A stretch of 64,000 nucleotides of DNA from Flavobacteriales bacterium (GCA_018609055.1 JABAYJ010000006.1:10805-74804), one strand, 5' to 3'. Shown: positions 1 to 10,362, numbered from the stretch's first letter. Program-made: numbers and translations. The notes: generated by a model from the letters alone, not told the origin.

Positions 1-840
1 ATTGTTGGACACCGATATGGTTCAGAAACGCGTGAAGGCATAAGCTATACCGAAAAAGAATTCGATTATGCCAAAACTTGTGGAGTTCCAACTTTGGGAT
101 TTGTAATTGATGACTCTGCACTATGGCCTGCAGATAGAATTGATAGGGACAGTAAGAAAAAGAATAAACTAGATAAATTTAAAAGTAAAGTAAAAGCAAA
201 ACTTGTTCAATTCTGGAATACAAAAGAGGATTTACATGGGAAAATTTCAATTTCATTAATTAAATCTATGAGTATTAATCCTAGAATAGGATGGGCTCGA
301 GCAGATGAGATTGTTAGTCTTGACATGACCAAAGAAATTACAAGGTTAAGTTCTGAAAACTCGGAGTTAAGAAATAAAAACAAACAACTTGAAAATAGAC
401 AAGTTGATGAGATTGATGAGGTTAGGGAAGTATTAAATATTTTAAATTTGAATGAACGAACTTATAAAATAAGAGAAGGAGCCTCATTTGAAGGAGCAGA
501 TAGTCATACACGAACTTTACTTCAATTATTCTCAGCATCAGCACCAAACTTAATATCTGAAAACTCAACCGAAGGAGTAGCACAGAATGTTGCTCATTCA
601 ATTGTTGGTACTAAATATTCTAATTTTTGGCCATTTGGAAAAGTTAAGATAGAACATTTAATTGCTGATTTTGTTGCATTAGACCTTGTAGAAACCTCTA
701 AAAAGAAGCATCCCGTTAGTGATAAATCTTCATATTGGACATTAACAAAACTAGGGAAGCAACTTAATAAAAGATCTAGAAGAATTCAATTAGAAGAAGG
801 AATTAAAACATCAATAGATAATACTGAAGATGAAAAATAA
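1..840 (+). CDS. DUF4062 domain-containing protein (5' end lies left of the window)
   Basis: Frame open from base 1. IVGHRYGSETREGISYTEKEFDYAKTCGVPTLGFVIDD...KLDKFKSKV..VQFW fits my memory of the C-terminal half of the DUF4062 signature. It is followed by a coiled coil (SENSELRNKNKQLENRQ) and an uncharacterised ~130 aa tail. TAA at 838-840. Confidence 0.6.
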   Translation: MVGHRYGSETREGISYTEKEFDYAKTCGVPTLGFVIDDSALWPADRIDRDSKKKNKLDKFKSKVKAKLVQFWNTKEDLHGKISISLIKSMSINPRIGWARADEIVSLDMTKEITRLSSENSELRNKNKQLENRQVDEIDEVREVLNILNLNERTYKIREGASFEGADSHTRTLLQLFSASAPNLISENSTEGVAQNVAHSIVGTKYSNFWPFGKVKIEHLIADFVALDLVETSKKKHPVSDKSSYWTLTKLGKQLNKRSRRIQLEEGIKTSIDNTEDEK

Positions 841-976
841 CAATGTTTCAAAAAACAAGTAAGATAGTAGTTATATAAATATTGTAAATCTGATATCAAC
901 TAGCACTAACTTGAAAAATTGAGTTCTGTATTCACATACTAAGAGTTAAGCTTTAAAAAAATGATCAAAACATAAA

Positions 977-1472
977 ATGATTAACCTCCATCCATTTACA
1001 AATAAAGACTTTGACAGATTAATAAATTGGATTAATTCTGAGGAAGAATTAGTTCAATTTGCTGGTCCAATGTTCTCGTTTCCTCTTACCAAAAATCAAT
1101 TGGAGGAGTATGTAAATAAAGAGGGAATACTGCCAAAAATTGTGATAGATAGTGAATCGGGAGAGGTAATTGGGCATTGCGAACTGAATTTTGTTAATGA
1201 GTTTCCTAGGTTAGGAAAAATATTAATTGGAAACAAAAGTTATAGAGGAAAGGATTGGGAAATGACTTGGTGGAGTTAATGATTTCTGAAATTAAAAAAA
1301 TCGAATCCTCAGAAAAGTGGAGTTGAAAGTGTACGAACGAAATACAACTGCGGTAAACTTATACACCAAAAAAGGATTTGTAATTCAACCCGAGCACACT
1401 TATGACTTCGAACTACCTAACGGGGAGTTTTGGACTAACTTGTATATGACGAAAGAATTTAATAAAGCTTAA
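977..1472 (+). pseudogene. GNAT family N-acetyltransferase, interrupted by two 1-nt frameshifts
   Basis: The 977-1279 ORF holds the N-terminal GNAT part. The fold continues in a second frame (GLGNDLVELMISEIKKIESSEK from ~1252) and a third (VELKVYERNTTAVNLYTKKGFVIQPEH...KEFNKA*, 1317-1472). The inferred single-base losses sit in a G run near 1252 and an A run at 1313-1316. Confidence 0.75.
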
Positions 1473-1487
1473 AATATTACCAACCAG

Positions 1488-2201
1488 ATGAAAAAAATAA
1501 TAATCTATGCCGTTCTCATTTCATTGGGTTACCTCCTATTTTCATCTTTGGGTCAAAAAGAAGAGTCTCTTATTCTTTCGTATGAAGTAAATCTGGAAAA
1601 ACAAAACCTTCAGTTTTTTCTTAAAAATGAATCTGGCGAGTATTACAATACTTTTTATAACCTAAAAAAAGAACTAGAAAACAAAGACGAAGAACTTGTA
1701 TTTGCCATGAACGGAGGAATGTTTATGAAGGATTATACTCCACTTGGTTTGTACATAGAAAATGGTGTGGAGAAACATAAAATCAATAAAACCCAAGAGG
1801 CTTTTGGTAACTTCTACATGCAACCAAATGGGATATTTTACATTACTGAGGACAAAAAGGGGGTAGTTTGTAAATCAACTGATTTTGAAAAAAAAAACAT
1901 ACAATACGCTACTCAGTCTGGACCAATGTTAGTGATTGATGGCAAGTTGCATCCTAAATTTAATGGGGGATCCAAAAACTTGAACATTAGAAACGGAGTA
2001 GGGATTTTACCAAATGGAAACGTACTATTTGCAATGAGTAAAAAGAAAATCAACTTTTATGATTTTGCACAATACTTTAAAAAACTAGGTTGCAAAAACG
2101 CTTTGTATCTGGATGGATTTGTATCACGAACTTATTTACCCTCCAAAGGATACAAAACCAATGGTGGTAAGTTTGGAGTTATTATTGGGGTGGTTAAATA
2201 A
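1488..2201 (+). CDS. phosphodiester glycosidase family protein (DUF2233/NAGPA-like)
   Basis: N-terminal signal/anchor. Motifs MNGGMF, NFYMQPNGIFYI, ATQSGPMLVIDGK, RNGVGILPNG and ALYLDGF are typical of DUF2233. Confidence 0.7.
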   Translation: MKKIIIYAVLISLGYLLFSSLGQKEESLILSYEVNLEKQNLQFFLKNESGEYYNTFYNLKKELENKDEELVFAMNGGMFMKDYTPLGLYIENGVEKHKINKTQEAFGNFYMQPNGIFYITEDKKGVVCKSTDFEKKNIQYATQSGPMLVIDGKLHPKFNGGSKNLNIRNGVGILPNGNVLFAMSKKKINFYDFAQYFKKLGCKNALYLDGFVSRTYLPSKGYKTNGGKFGVIIGVVK

Positions 2202-2213
2202 AAAAACAGGAGT

Positions 2214-2903
2214 ATGAAATTAAAATTATATGCATCATTCATTTTAGTATTATTTATGTTTGGATGTAATACCAACTCTGAATTAAATAGATACTTAGAG
2301 CAAACTTTAGAATACAATAAAAAGTGTAATTCGGAAAATATTGACATTGAGATATCTTATAAAGACAATAAGAAGAATCTATCATTCACTATTTTTTATT
2401 CAGATAGTTTAAATTCAAACTTCTCTATACCAGATAGCTTGTCAATAGTATTTTTAAAAATTGTATTTTCTAAAATTATTATTGATTCGAACCTATCTAC
2501 AATTAACTTATCGCATATATATAAGGATCATAAAGTAAATTACAATTATGAAATTGATGATTTATATTTCTTTAAATGTGAAGAAAAATATAGTGAAGGA
2601 AAATTTTTAAACAGCTTATTATTAATCAATAAAGCAATTAAATATGATCCTGAACCTATTTATTATGAAACTAGAGGCTTCGTTAATTATAGATTAAATA
2701 ATTTTTCTGAAGCAATAAATGATTTCAGACAATATTCTTCTAGTGACACTTTAATTAATTTAAAAGTATTAAAACACATTGCAATTTGCCACTACAGATT
2801 AGGTAACAAGGAAGAATTAGACAAAATAATTAATCATCTTTCCGAAGTTAACCCTACAGAATCAAAAAAATTTCTTGAAAAAATTAAGGAAATAGAAGGT
2901 TGA
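2214..2903 (+). CDS. TPR-repeat lipoprotein, function unknown
   Basis: Lipobox-like ...VLFMFGCNT. The C-terminal half has TPR-like repeats (KFLNSLLLINKAIKYDPEP, NFSEAINDFRQY, AICHYRLGNKEE). Confidence 0.55.
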   Translation: MKLKLYASFILVLFMFGCNTNSELNRYLEQTLEYNKKCNSENIDIEISYKDNKKNLSFTIFYSDSLNSNFSIPDSLSIVFLKIVFSKIIIDSNLSTINLSHIYKDHKVNYNYEIDDLYFFKCEEKYSEGKFLNSLLLINKAIKYDPEPIYYETRGFVNYRLNNFSEAINDFRQYSSSDTLINLKVLKHIAICHYRLGNKEELDKIINHLSEVNPTESKKFLEKIKEIEG

Positions 2904-2908
2904 GAATA

Positions 2909-3832
2909 TCAACCAACCTCAAAAGTCTGAAGCTCTTCAGCAATCTCTACGTTTTGGAATTCTTGTTTTACTTCGGCAATAAACTGAGTATTATCATTCT
3001 CGGTATAACGCGCAGAAAAATGACCAATTAATAGTTTACCAACCTCAGATTGCTTGGCAATACTGCCTGCTTGCTTGGCTGTGGAGTGAAATGTTTTTTT
3101 GGCAAGTGCACTGTCTCTTTCCAAAAAAGTAGTTTCGTGATACAACATGGTTGCTCCCTTAATAATTGGAATTATTTTTTCTCGGTAAGCTGTATCCGAA
3201 CAAAATGCATAGCTCCTAGCCTTCTCTGGCGGGAAAGTGAATTTTTCGTTTGGAACTGTTTCGCCTTCTGAGGTTACAAAGTCTTCTCCGAATTTTATTC
3301 CGTCAATTTTGTAATGAGGCACTTCGTAAAACTTAAGCTTTTCGGCTTTAATTTTTCTTGGCCTTGGGGTTTCTTTAATCAAAAAACCATTGGTAAGTAT
3401 CTTGTGTTTTAAAGGAATGGTGTGAACTTCTAAGTCTTTATTTTCATAAATGAGTTCCGTTTCTTTACTTGCCAACTCAGTGAACACTAAGTTAAATCTT
3501 AGTTGTGTGTTGGAAGCTCTTAATTGCAGATTAATAATTTCTTTAAGTTCTGCTGGTGCATACAGATATAAATCAGCAACACGCCCCAAAAGATGCATAG
3601 AAGAGATTAATCCTACCAAACCAAAGTAATGATCGCCATGCAGGTGAGAAATAAATATGTGACTGATTTTGATATAACTCACTTTTGCTTTGCGCAATTG
3701 AACTTGAGTTCCTTCGCCACAATCAATCAACAGGTATTTATTGGAATATTGCACCAATTGAGAAGTTGGTCGCTTCTTAAGTGTTGGCAATGCGCTTCCG
3801 CTTCCTAATATGGTTACTTCGAATGTGTTCAT
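2909..3832 (-). CDS. rnz: ribonuclease Z (metallo-beta-lactamase fold)
   Basis: ILGSGSALPT, LIDCGEGTQ and the HxHxDH motif ISHLHGDHYFGL. Length 307 aa. Confidence 0.85.
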   Translation of the reverse strand: MNTFEVTILGSGSALPTLKKRPTSQLVQYSNKYLLIDCGEGTQVQLRKAKVSYIKISHIFISHLHGDHYFGLVGLISSMHLLGRVADLYLYAPAELKEIINLQLRASNTQLRFNLVFTELASKETELIYENKDLEVHTIPLKHKILTNGFLIKETPRPRKIKAEKLKFYEVPHYKIDGIKFGEDFVTSEGETVPNEKFTFPPEKARSYAFCSDTAYREKIIPIIKGATMLYHETTFLERDSALAKKTFHSTAKQAGSIAKQSEVGKLLIGHFSARYTENDNTQFIAEVKQEFQNVEIAEELQTFEVG

Positions 3833-3855
3833 TTCACTATTCCATTTTTATTATC

Positions 3856-3935
3856 TGTCATTCCTGCGAAGGCAAGAATCTAAACACGAGAATCACAGCC
3901 TGATGAATAAGATTCCTGCCTTCGCAGGAATGACA
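3856..3935. repeat. REP-like nested inverted repeat (25-nt arms, 30-nt spacer)
   Basis: TGTCATTCCTGCGAAGGCAAGAATC (3856-3880) is the reverse complement of GATTCCTGCCTTCGCAGGAATGACA (3911-3935) at 24/25 positions. Each arm also holds its own small hairpin TTCCTGC-N4-GCAGGAA. It lies between tag and rnz. Confidence 0.8.
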
Positions 3936-3947
3936 ATGAAAATGAGT

Positions 3948-4526
3948 TTATTTACTCAACTTCTTTACTTCTTCGTACCTAAAACAATCGGTAAAATGAT
4001 CGTTTACCATTCCTACGGCTTGCATAAACGCATAACAAATGGTAGATCCTACAAACTTAAATCCTCTCTTTTTTAAATCTTTGCTCATTGCATCCGATTC
4101 TGGAGTTGAAGCTGGTGCTTCGCTCATGTCTTTAAGCGAATTGGTAATTACTTTGCCATCAACAAAGCTCCACAAATAGTCGGAAAAGCTTCCCAACTCT
4201 TCTTCTATTTTTAAATAGGCTTGGGCGTTTGTAACTGCTGCTCTTATTTTAAGTTTATTCCTTACAATACCAGCATCCAATATTAATTCTTGAATTTTGG
4301 CTTCGTCATAAGTTGCCATTTTATCTGGGTTTAACCCATCAAAAGCTCGGTAATATCCGTCCCATTTTTTAAGAATTGTAATCCAACTTAATCCTGCTTG
4401 GGCTCCATCTAGAATTAACTTGGCAAATAAATCTTTGCTATCGTACACAGGAACTCCCCATAACTCATCATGGTAGTTAGTATAAACTGGGTCGGTTCCA
4501 CACCACGAGCATCTAGATTTTTCCAT
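3948..4526 (-). CDS. tag: DNA-3-methyladenine glycosylase I
   Basis: CSWCGTDPVYTNYHDELWGVPVYD, LILDGAQAGLSWITILKK. 192 aa. Confidence 0.9.
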   Translation of the reverse strand: MEKSRCSWCGTDPVYTNYHDELWGVPVYDSKDLFAKLILDGAQAGLSWITILKKWDGYYRAFDGLNPDKMATYDEAKIQELILDAGIVRNKLKIRAAVTNAQAYLKIEEELGSFSDYLWSFVDGKVITNSLKDMSEAPASTPESDAMSKDLKKRGFKFVGSTICYAFMQAVGMVNDHFTDCFRYEEVKKLSK

Positions 4527-5398
4527 TATTTTCTTTTAGAGGCTAATAACGTATTCTTTAATAAAGAAGCGATTGTCATTGGTCCTACTCCACCAGGAAC
4601 TGGTGTGATGAAAGAACATTTTTCTGAAACTTCGTCAAATTTCACATCTCCTTTTAGGCAATAACCTGACTTTTTCGTTTTATCAGCAATTCGAGTAATT
4701 CCTACATCAATTACTACTGCATTTTCCTTCACCATGTCAGCAGTTATAAACTCGGGTTTACCCAATGCAACTATCAATATGTCAGCCATAAGCGTTAATT
4801 GTTTTAAATTAACTGTTCGGCTATGCGTAAGGGTTACCGTACTATTTCCTGGGTAAGAATTTCTTCCCATCATAATACTAATTGGTGCTCCCACAATATT
4901 ACTTCTTCCTACAACTACACAGTGTTTTCCAGAAGTCTCAATGTTGTATCTTTCTAATAATTGTAAAATCCCAAAAGGTGTTGCAGGTAAAAAAGCAGGT
5001 AAATTAAGTGCTGTTCTTCCAATGTTTTCTGGATGAAATCCATCTACATCTTTCTTTGCACTAATTGCTTGTGTTACTTTTTTCTCGCTAATGTGATCGG
5101 GTAAAGGCAACTGAACTATAAATCCATCAATCTCTGCATTGTTGTTCAATTTCTCAATCTTATGAAGTAATTCATCTTCAGAAATTGTATCAGGTAAACG
5201 AACTAAAGTAGATTCGAAACCTACACGCTCACACGCTACAACCTTTGCATTTACATAGGTTTTACTTGCTCCATTACTCCCCACCAAGACAGCAGCCAAA
5301 TGAGGAATTTTCTTCCCTTTGGATTTTAAATAAATCACTTCTTCTTTTATCTCGTCTTGTATTTCAAGTGAAGTTTTTTTACCGTCTATTAATATCAT
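4526..5398 (-). CDS. folD: bifunctional methylenetetrahydrofolate dehydrogenase/cyclohydrolase
   Basis: [41 protein letters not shown]. 290 aa. Its stop overlaps the tag start. Confidence 0.9.
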   Translation of the reverse strand: MILIDGKKTSLEIQDEIKEEVIYLKSKGKKIPHLAAVLVGSNGASKTYVNAKVVACERVGFESTLVRLPDTISEDELLHKIEKLNNNAEIDGFIVQLPLPDHISEKKVTQAISAKKDVDGFHPENIGRTALNLPAFLPATPFGILQLLERYNIETSGKHCVVVGRSNIVGAPISIMMGRNSYPGNSTVTLTHSRTVNLKQLTLMADILIVALGKPEFITADMVKENAVVIDVGITRIADKTKKSGYCLKGDVKFDEVSEKCSFITPVPGGVGPMTIASLLKNTLLASKRK

Positions 5399-5417
5399 AT
5401 TCTTATATATTTAAAAC

Positions 5418-6764
5418 TTACATTCTACCTCCTTTTTGCATCTGCTTCATTTGCTTCATCATCCCCATCATTCCCTTCTTGTTATTCATCATCTGCATCA
5501 TCTTACTAGTCTCCTTAAACTGCTTAAGAAGCTTGTTTACTTCCTGTATAGAGTTTCCACTTCCTTTTGCAATTCTCGCTTTTCTTGTTCCGTTAAGTGA
5601 GTCTGGATTTTCTCTTTCGAATGGTGTCATTGAGTAAATAATAGCTTCTATTCCATTAAAAGCATTGTCGTCAATATCCACATCTTTCATTTGCTTGCTC
5701 ACCCCAGGAATCATTCCCATCAAATCCTTCATGTTCCCCATCTTCTTAATCTGCTGAAGCTGACCAAGAAAATCATTGAAATCAAATTTGTTTTTAGCAA
5801 TCTTATCTTGAAGTTTCTTCGCTTCTACTTCATCAAACTGTTGTTGAACTCTTTCTACCAAAGACACAACATCTCCCATTCCTAAGATTCTGTCTGCCAT
5901 TCTGCTTGGGTGAAATACATCCAAGGCTTCCATTTTTTCTCCAGTACCAATAAATTTAATTGGCTTGCTTACTACAGCTTTAATCGAAATTGCAGCTCCA
6001 CCTCTAGTATCACCATCCAATTTGGTAAGAATAACTCCAGTAAAATCTAATTTTTCGTTAAAGGTTTTAGCCGTATTTACAGCATCTTGACCCGTCATAG
6101 CATCTACAACAAACAAAATCTCTTGAGGATTAATCGCTCTTTTGATTTCCGTAATCTCGTTCATCATCTTTTCATCCACAGCCAAACGACCAGCAGTATC
6201 GACAATAATCGCATTGAATCCTCCAGTTTTTGCATGAGCAATAGCTGCTTCAGCAATTCGTACAGGGTTTTTCTCTTCTTTGTTCGAGTATACTTCAATT
6301 CCAAGTTGGTCTCCCAATACATGCAACTGATCTATTGCAGCCGGACGATAAACATCACAAGCTACAAGTAATACTTTTTTCTTCTTAGTTTCAGTTAAGT
6401 ATTTTGCTAATTTCCCTGAGTGAGTTGTTTTACCAGAACCTTGTAAACCAGCCATCAATATAATTGAAGGGTTTCCAGTTACATCCAATTCCTCATTTTC
6501 ACTTCCCATTAATTTGGTAAGCTCCTCATTGGTGATTTTAATCATCAATTGCCCCGGAGAAATTGCACTCAGTACATTTTGTCCTAGCGCTCTTTCCTTA
6601 ATGGTATTGGTGAATTCCTTAGCTGTTTTGTAATTTACATCAGCATCAACCAAAGCTCTACGGATTTCCTTTACCGTTTCGGCAACATTAATTTCCGTGA
6701 TTTGCCCCTGCCCTTTTAATACTTTAAAGGCTCTTTCTAACTTATCGGATAAATTATCAAACAT
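5418..6764 (-). CDS. ffh: signal recognition particle protein
   Basis: GLQGSGKTT, DTAGR, TKLDGDTRGGAA and a Met-rich C-terminal M domain. Confidence 0.95.
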   Translation of the reverse strand: MFDNLSDKLERAFKVLKGQGQITEINVAETVKEIRRALVDADVNYKTAKEFTNTIKERALGQNVLSAISPGQLMIKITNEELTKLMGSENEELDVTGNPSIILMAGLQGSGKTTHSGKLAKYLTETKKKKVLLVACDVYRPAAIDQLHVLGDQLGIEVYSNKEEKNPVRIAEAAIAHAKTGGFNAIIVDTAGRLAVDEKMMNEITEIKRAINPQEILFVVDAMTGQDAVNTAKTFNEKLDFTGVILTKLDGDTRGGAAISIKAVVSKPIKFIGTGEKMEALDVFHPSRMADRILGMGDVVSLVERVQQQFDEVEAKKLQDKIAKNKFDFNDFLGQLQQIKKMGNMKDLMGMIPGVSKQMKDVDIDDNAFNGIEAIIYSMTPFERENPDSLNGTRKARIAKGSGNSIQEVNKLLKQFKETSKMMQMMNNKKGMMGMMKQMKQMQKGGRM

Positions 6765-6800
6765 GTTTTTTCTACTTTTTCTAAATTAATTCTCTCTTTA

Positions 6801-6808
6801 CAAATATA
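6801..6808 (-). promoter_or_regulatory. candidate Bacteroidetes -7 box (TATATTTG) for ffh
   Basis: Exact TAnnTTTG on the minus strand, 37 nt upstream of the ffh ATG. Confidence 0.4.
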
Positions 6809-6809
6809 C

Positions 6810-8567
6810 TTACATTTTAGAAGGAACCTCAATCCCTAATAAATTCATAGCGAAATCAACAGTTTCGGCTACTTTTTGTGTCAATAACAAACGTATGTTT
6901 TGCTTCTCTTTATCTTCTTCTTTAAATATGGAAACCGACTGATAGAAAGAGTTGTACAGCTTAACTAACTCATACGTATAGTTTGCTACAATCGCAGGAC
7001 TGTATGTCTTCCCTGCTTCTCTTATCATATCTGGTAATCCTACTAAATGCTTAACAATATCCAACTCACTCGATTCTAATTCGGTAGTTGTATTGATTGA
7101 GCTTGTATCTCCTTTTTGTTTGTTCAAAATAGATTGCGTACGTGCAAAGGTATATTGAATAAAAGGTCCTGTATTTCCATTCAAATCAATAGATTCTTCT
7201 GGGTTAAACATCATGGATTTCTTTGGATCTACTTTTAGTAAATAATACTTTAATCCTCCTAATCCAATTTGCTCAAATAACTTTTCTAATTGCTCGTCAC
7301 TCAAACTTTCTATCTGTCCTCTTTCTTTAGTAATTTCTCTGGCATCATTTATTACTTCTGCCATCAAATCATCTGCATCTACAACTGTTCCTTCACGTGA
7401 TTTCATTTTACCAGTTGGTAAATTCACCATCCCGTAAGATAAGTGGAAACACTCACTTGCAAATGGATATCCTAGTTTTTTAAGAATAGTAAACAATACT
7501 TTAAAGTGGTGTTCTTGCTCATTTCCTACTGTGTAAATCATTCCCACAGTTTTAGGATGATCTTCGAAACGCTTTACAGCAGTTCCCACATCTTGAGTCA
7601 TGTAAACCGAAGTTCCATCTCCTCTCAACAATAATTTATCGTCCATTTTTTCTGAGGATAAATCGCACCAAACAGAACCGTCATCTTTTTTGTAAAGTAG
7701 TCCTTTTGATAATCCTTCCTCAACAATATCTTTCCCTAAAATATACGTGTCACTTTCGTAATACAAGGAATCAAAATCAACTCCCATTGTGTTGTACGTA
7801 AAATCAAATCCTGCGTAAACCCATGAGTTCATCATTTCCCAAAGTTTTACAACTTCAGTATCGCCTTGCTCCCATTTCTGAAGCATTTCTTGAGCTTCTA
7901 ATAAAAATGGCGCTTGCTTTTCAGCAGTTTCTTTATCTGCTCCGCCTTCAATTAATTCAGCTATTTGCTTTTTGTATTCTTTATCAAAAGCTACATAATA
8001 CATACCTACTAGCTTATCTCCTTTTAATCCAGATGACTCTGGAGTTTCTCCTTCTCCAAACCTTTGCCAAGCCAGCATAGATTTACAAATGTGGATTCCT
8101 CTATCGTTTATAATTTGAGTTTTAACCACATCATGCCCATTAGCTTTAAGGATATTAGCTACCGAAAATCCTAAAAAGATATTTCTTAAATGTCCTAAGT
8201 GAAGAGGTTTGTTGGTGTTTGGTGAAGAATACTCAACAATATACGTTTTGTCAGTTGCAGGTAATTGACCAAAATTATCGTCAGCCATTAATTTTTTAAA
8301 CTTTCCCAACCAATACTCCGAAGTAATTTCTAGGTTCAAAAAACCTTTTACCACATTGTATCCAGAGATAAAATCTATTTCTTGAGTGAAAAACTCTCCT
8401 ATAGTTTTACCAGATTCTTCTGGATTCTTTTTGGTTATCCTCAACAAAGGAAAAACTACTAACGTTACATCTCCTTCAAATTCAGCTCTTGTTTTCTGAA
8501 GTTGGATAAGATTATCAGTAATCTCAGGGAATAGTTCCTTGAGTTTATTTCCTATTAATTCTTGCAT
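6810..8567 (-). CDS. argS: arginine--tRNA ligase
   Basis: SPNTNKPLHLGHLRN (HIGH-type) and MSTREG-like KMKSREG. ATG at 8567 (MQELIGNK) is preferred over the upstream TTG at 8603. Confidence 0.95.
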   Translation of the reverse strand: MQELIGNKLKELFPEITDNLIQLQKTRAEFEGDVTLVVFPLLRITKKNPEESGKTIGEFFTQEIDFISGYNVVKGFLNLEITSEYWLGKFKKLMADDNFGQLPATDKTYIVEYSSPNTNKPLHLGHLRNIFLGFSVANILKANGHDVVKTQIINDRGIHICKSMLAWQRFGEGETPESSGLKGDKLVGMYYVAFDKEYKKQIAELIEGGADKETAEKQAPFLLEAQEMLQKWEQGDTEVVKLWEMMNSWVYAGFDFTYNTMGVDFDSLYYESDTYILGKDIVEEGLSKGLLYKKDDGSVWCDLSSEKMDDKLLLRGDGTSVYMTQDVGTAVKRFEDHPKTVGMIYTVGNEQEHHFKVLFTILKKLGYPFASECFHLSYGMVNLPTGKMKSREGTVVDADDLMAEVINDAREITKERGQIESLSDEQLEKLFEQIGLGGLKYYLLKVDPKKSMMFNPEESIDLNGNTGPFIQYTFARTQSILNKQKGDTSSINTTTELESSELDIVKHLVGLPDMIREAGKTYSPAIVANYTYELVKLYNSFYQSVSIFKEEDKEKQNIRLLLTQKVAETVDFAMNLLGIEVPSKM

Positions 8568-8649
8568 GGAATTTCTTTGTGTTTTAGAACCACAAAGATA
8601 CAATTTGTAAGGGAAATGGAGAAGTTAAAAAGAAAGGATTTGTAGCCAA

Positions 8650-8682
8650 TAAAAAACTCCTTCAATTTCTTGAAGGAGTTTT
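8650..8682 (-). terminator. rho-independent terminator
   Basis: Stem AACTCCTTCAA / TTGAAGGAGTT with a 4-nt loop, followed by a T run on the minus strand. It lies directly downstream of the 8708 gene end. Confidence 0.7.
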
Positions 8683-8707
8683 GACTACTTGGTATTTATA
8701 AATTGAA

Positions 8708-10254
8708 TTATCTGAATAAAGTGACAGAGTAATTTTGCGTCACTTCCTTACCGCCATACAAGCCTTGAAGTACAACAAAATAGGTTCCTGGAGCTAAAGC
8801 TTTTCCTGATTCATCATTACCATCCCATATGAATTTAGCATCATCTGATTCGAATACCTGCTGTCCCCATCTATTATAAATTTTCACACTTAAGGCATCA
8901 TAACATCTATCAAAAACATCTTTCTTTAGATAAAATTCATCATTAATCCCATCTCCATCTGGTGAGAAAACATTAGGCACATTGTAGCTTTTACTTCCTC
9001 GTTCAACTACTATTTTAACCTCTTTTCGAACAGTATCCATTGATGCATCACAACCTATAGAGAACCCTTCTACATTTACATAAAAAGTATCTACGCTAAG
9101 TACATCACATTCATTAAGGTTCCAACAAAATCTTGCTCCTACAGCTCCTATTCCTTCAAATTTAGTTTGAGTCAACTTTTTAACATCTACATCAACTATA
9201 TTCTTTGTCATTCCTGTGTTATTATCAACCCATTGGAAATCATACAATCCATTTACATTAGTTGGCGGAAGAGTTGATACTGCTCCAAAAGCATATGCAT
9301 TTGAGGTGATATCTACATAAAAAGGATCTGTTGGATTACCATCTGTTGCAACAATATCAATACATCTTTCTTGATCGAAATCAAACACATTAAATTCTTT
9401 GAAATTTTCTAATGTTGGTGGCAAATCAAATCGACACACTAAAGAGGAATACTGCAAATCTCTTACTGCTTCTCCAATTTTTATTCCATTTCTCCATTCA
9501 GAACAAACTACTGAAAGTACATACACTCCCTGTTGACCAGGATTAGTTAATACACAACCAGTTTTTGCATTTATAGTACAAGTACTACCTGCCCTAGTGG
9601 ATTAATTACACCATGCCCAGGTGCACAAGGCGCACTATTTATTGTACATCCTGAAAAACTAATTATTGGAGTGATTAACTCATAAGAAAGACTATCACCA
9701 TCTGCATCAGTTGCACTAAGATCTGCACATTTCCAGTTGTTTACGCATAAATAAGCATCTTCTGGATAGTCTACAAATTTTGGTGAATAATTACCTCCAA
9801 CTAAAGCTGGATCTGGAATTTTAGTATATAAACCTGCGCAAGGCTGACCAACTAAATTATTAGTAGTATTTCTGGCACATATAATCCATGTTGCCATATA
9901 TCCATTAGGATTGTTTGGAAGCGTAACTGTTCCTGTATAATAGTGTTCTTCAACACATAAATTTGGTTTGTAACAATCATCACCAAATGGAATTAAAGTT
10001 CCTCCATTATCGGGGCCAGCAGTTCTTTTCATTGAGATAGGACTATGAGCTGAACAAGTTACTGCATCCATAATTGTAATAGATTGAGTTGAACCCAAGC
10101 TTACTTCACTACAATCACGATATATTCTCATAACTACATTAAAAGTATTAGCTCCAGTTTGATCAAAATGTATTTCTCCTCCAACAACATGAGTGGAAAA
10201 AGATAATTGGAATGATCCAATTAAAAGGGCGAGTATCAAAATTGTTTTTTTCAT
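8708..10254 (-). pseudogene. T9SS type B (gliding motility-associated C-terminal domain) secreted protein, frameshifted paralog of 10459..12009
   Basis: ORFs 9571..10254 and 8708..9526 are colinear with the N- and C-terminal halves of the 516-aa neighbour. One frame change must lie in 9574-9601, most likely near the CCC at 9592-9594. The C-terminus is NVFSPDGDGINDEFYLK...YNRWGQQVF. Confidence 0.75.
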
Positions 10255-10362
10255 AACGTTTAGTATTTTGGTTGTTGTTATTACTAAAGTATGTGATGTA
10301 AACTTCTGTTTTATAGTATATTAATGTGATGAGGTGTGTTTTTTATTAATGGAAATTTTAAA

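Noticed and set aside
3810-4076. 88-aa ORF on the + strand (..LSFLRRQESKHEN..IPAFAGMT..).
   Set aside because: It is the translation of the REP-like palindrome and overlaps the 3' end of tag on the opposite strand. It has no independent coding signal.
5245-6371. Plus-strand ORFs 5245..5637, 5691..5885 and 6087..6371. Similar antisense ORFs lie inside argS, murB, the GT2 gene, the DUF4139 gene, surE, the aminotransferase, the AMP nucleosidase-like gene, the PLP protein, bshA, trmH, the helicase, the rSAM gene, tkt, meaB, menD, ubiE, menC and menE.
   Set aside because: These are shadow ORFs inside well-supported genes on the other strand. They have low-complexity, Leu/Phe/Ile-rich composition typical of antisense AT-rich frames.
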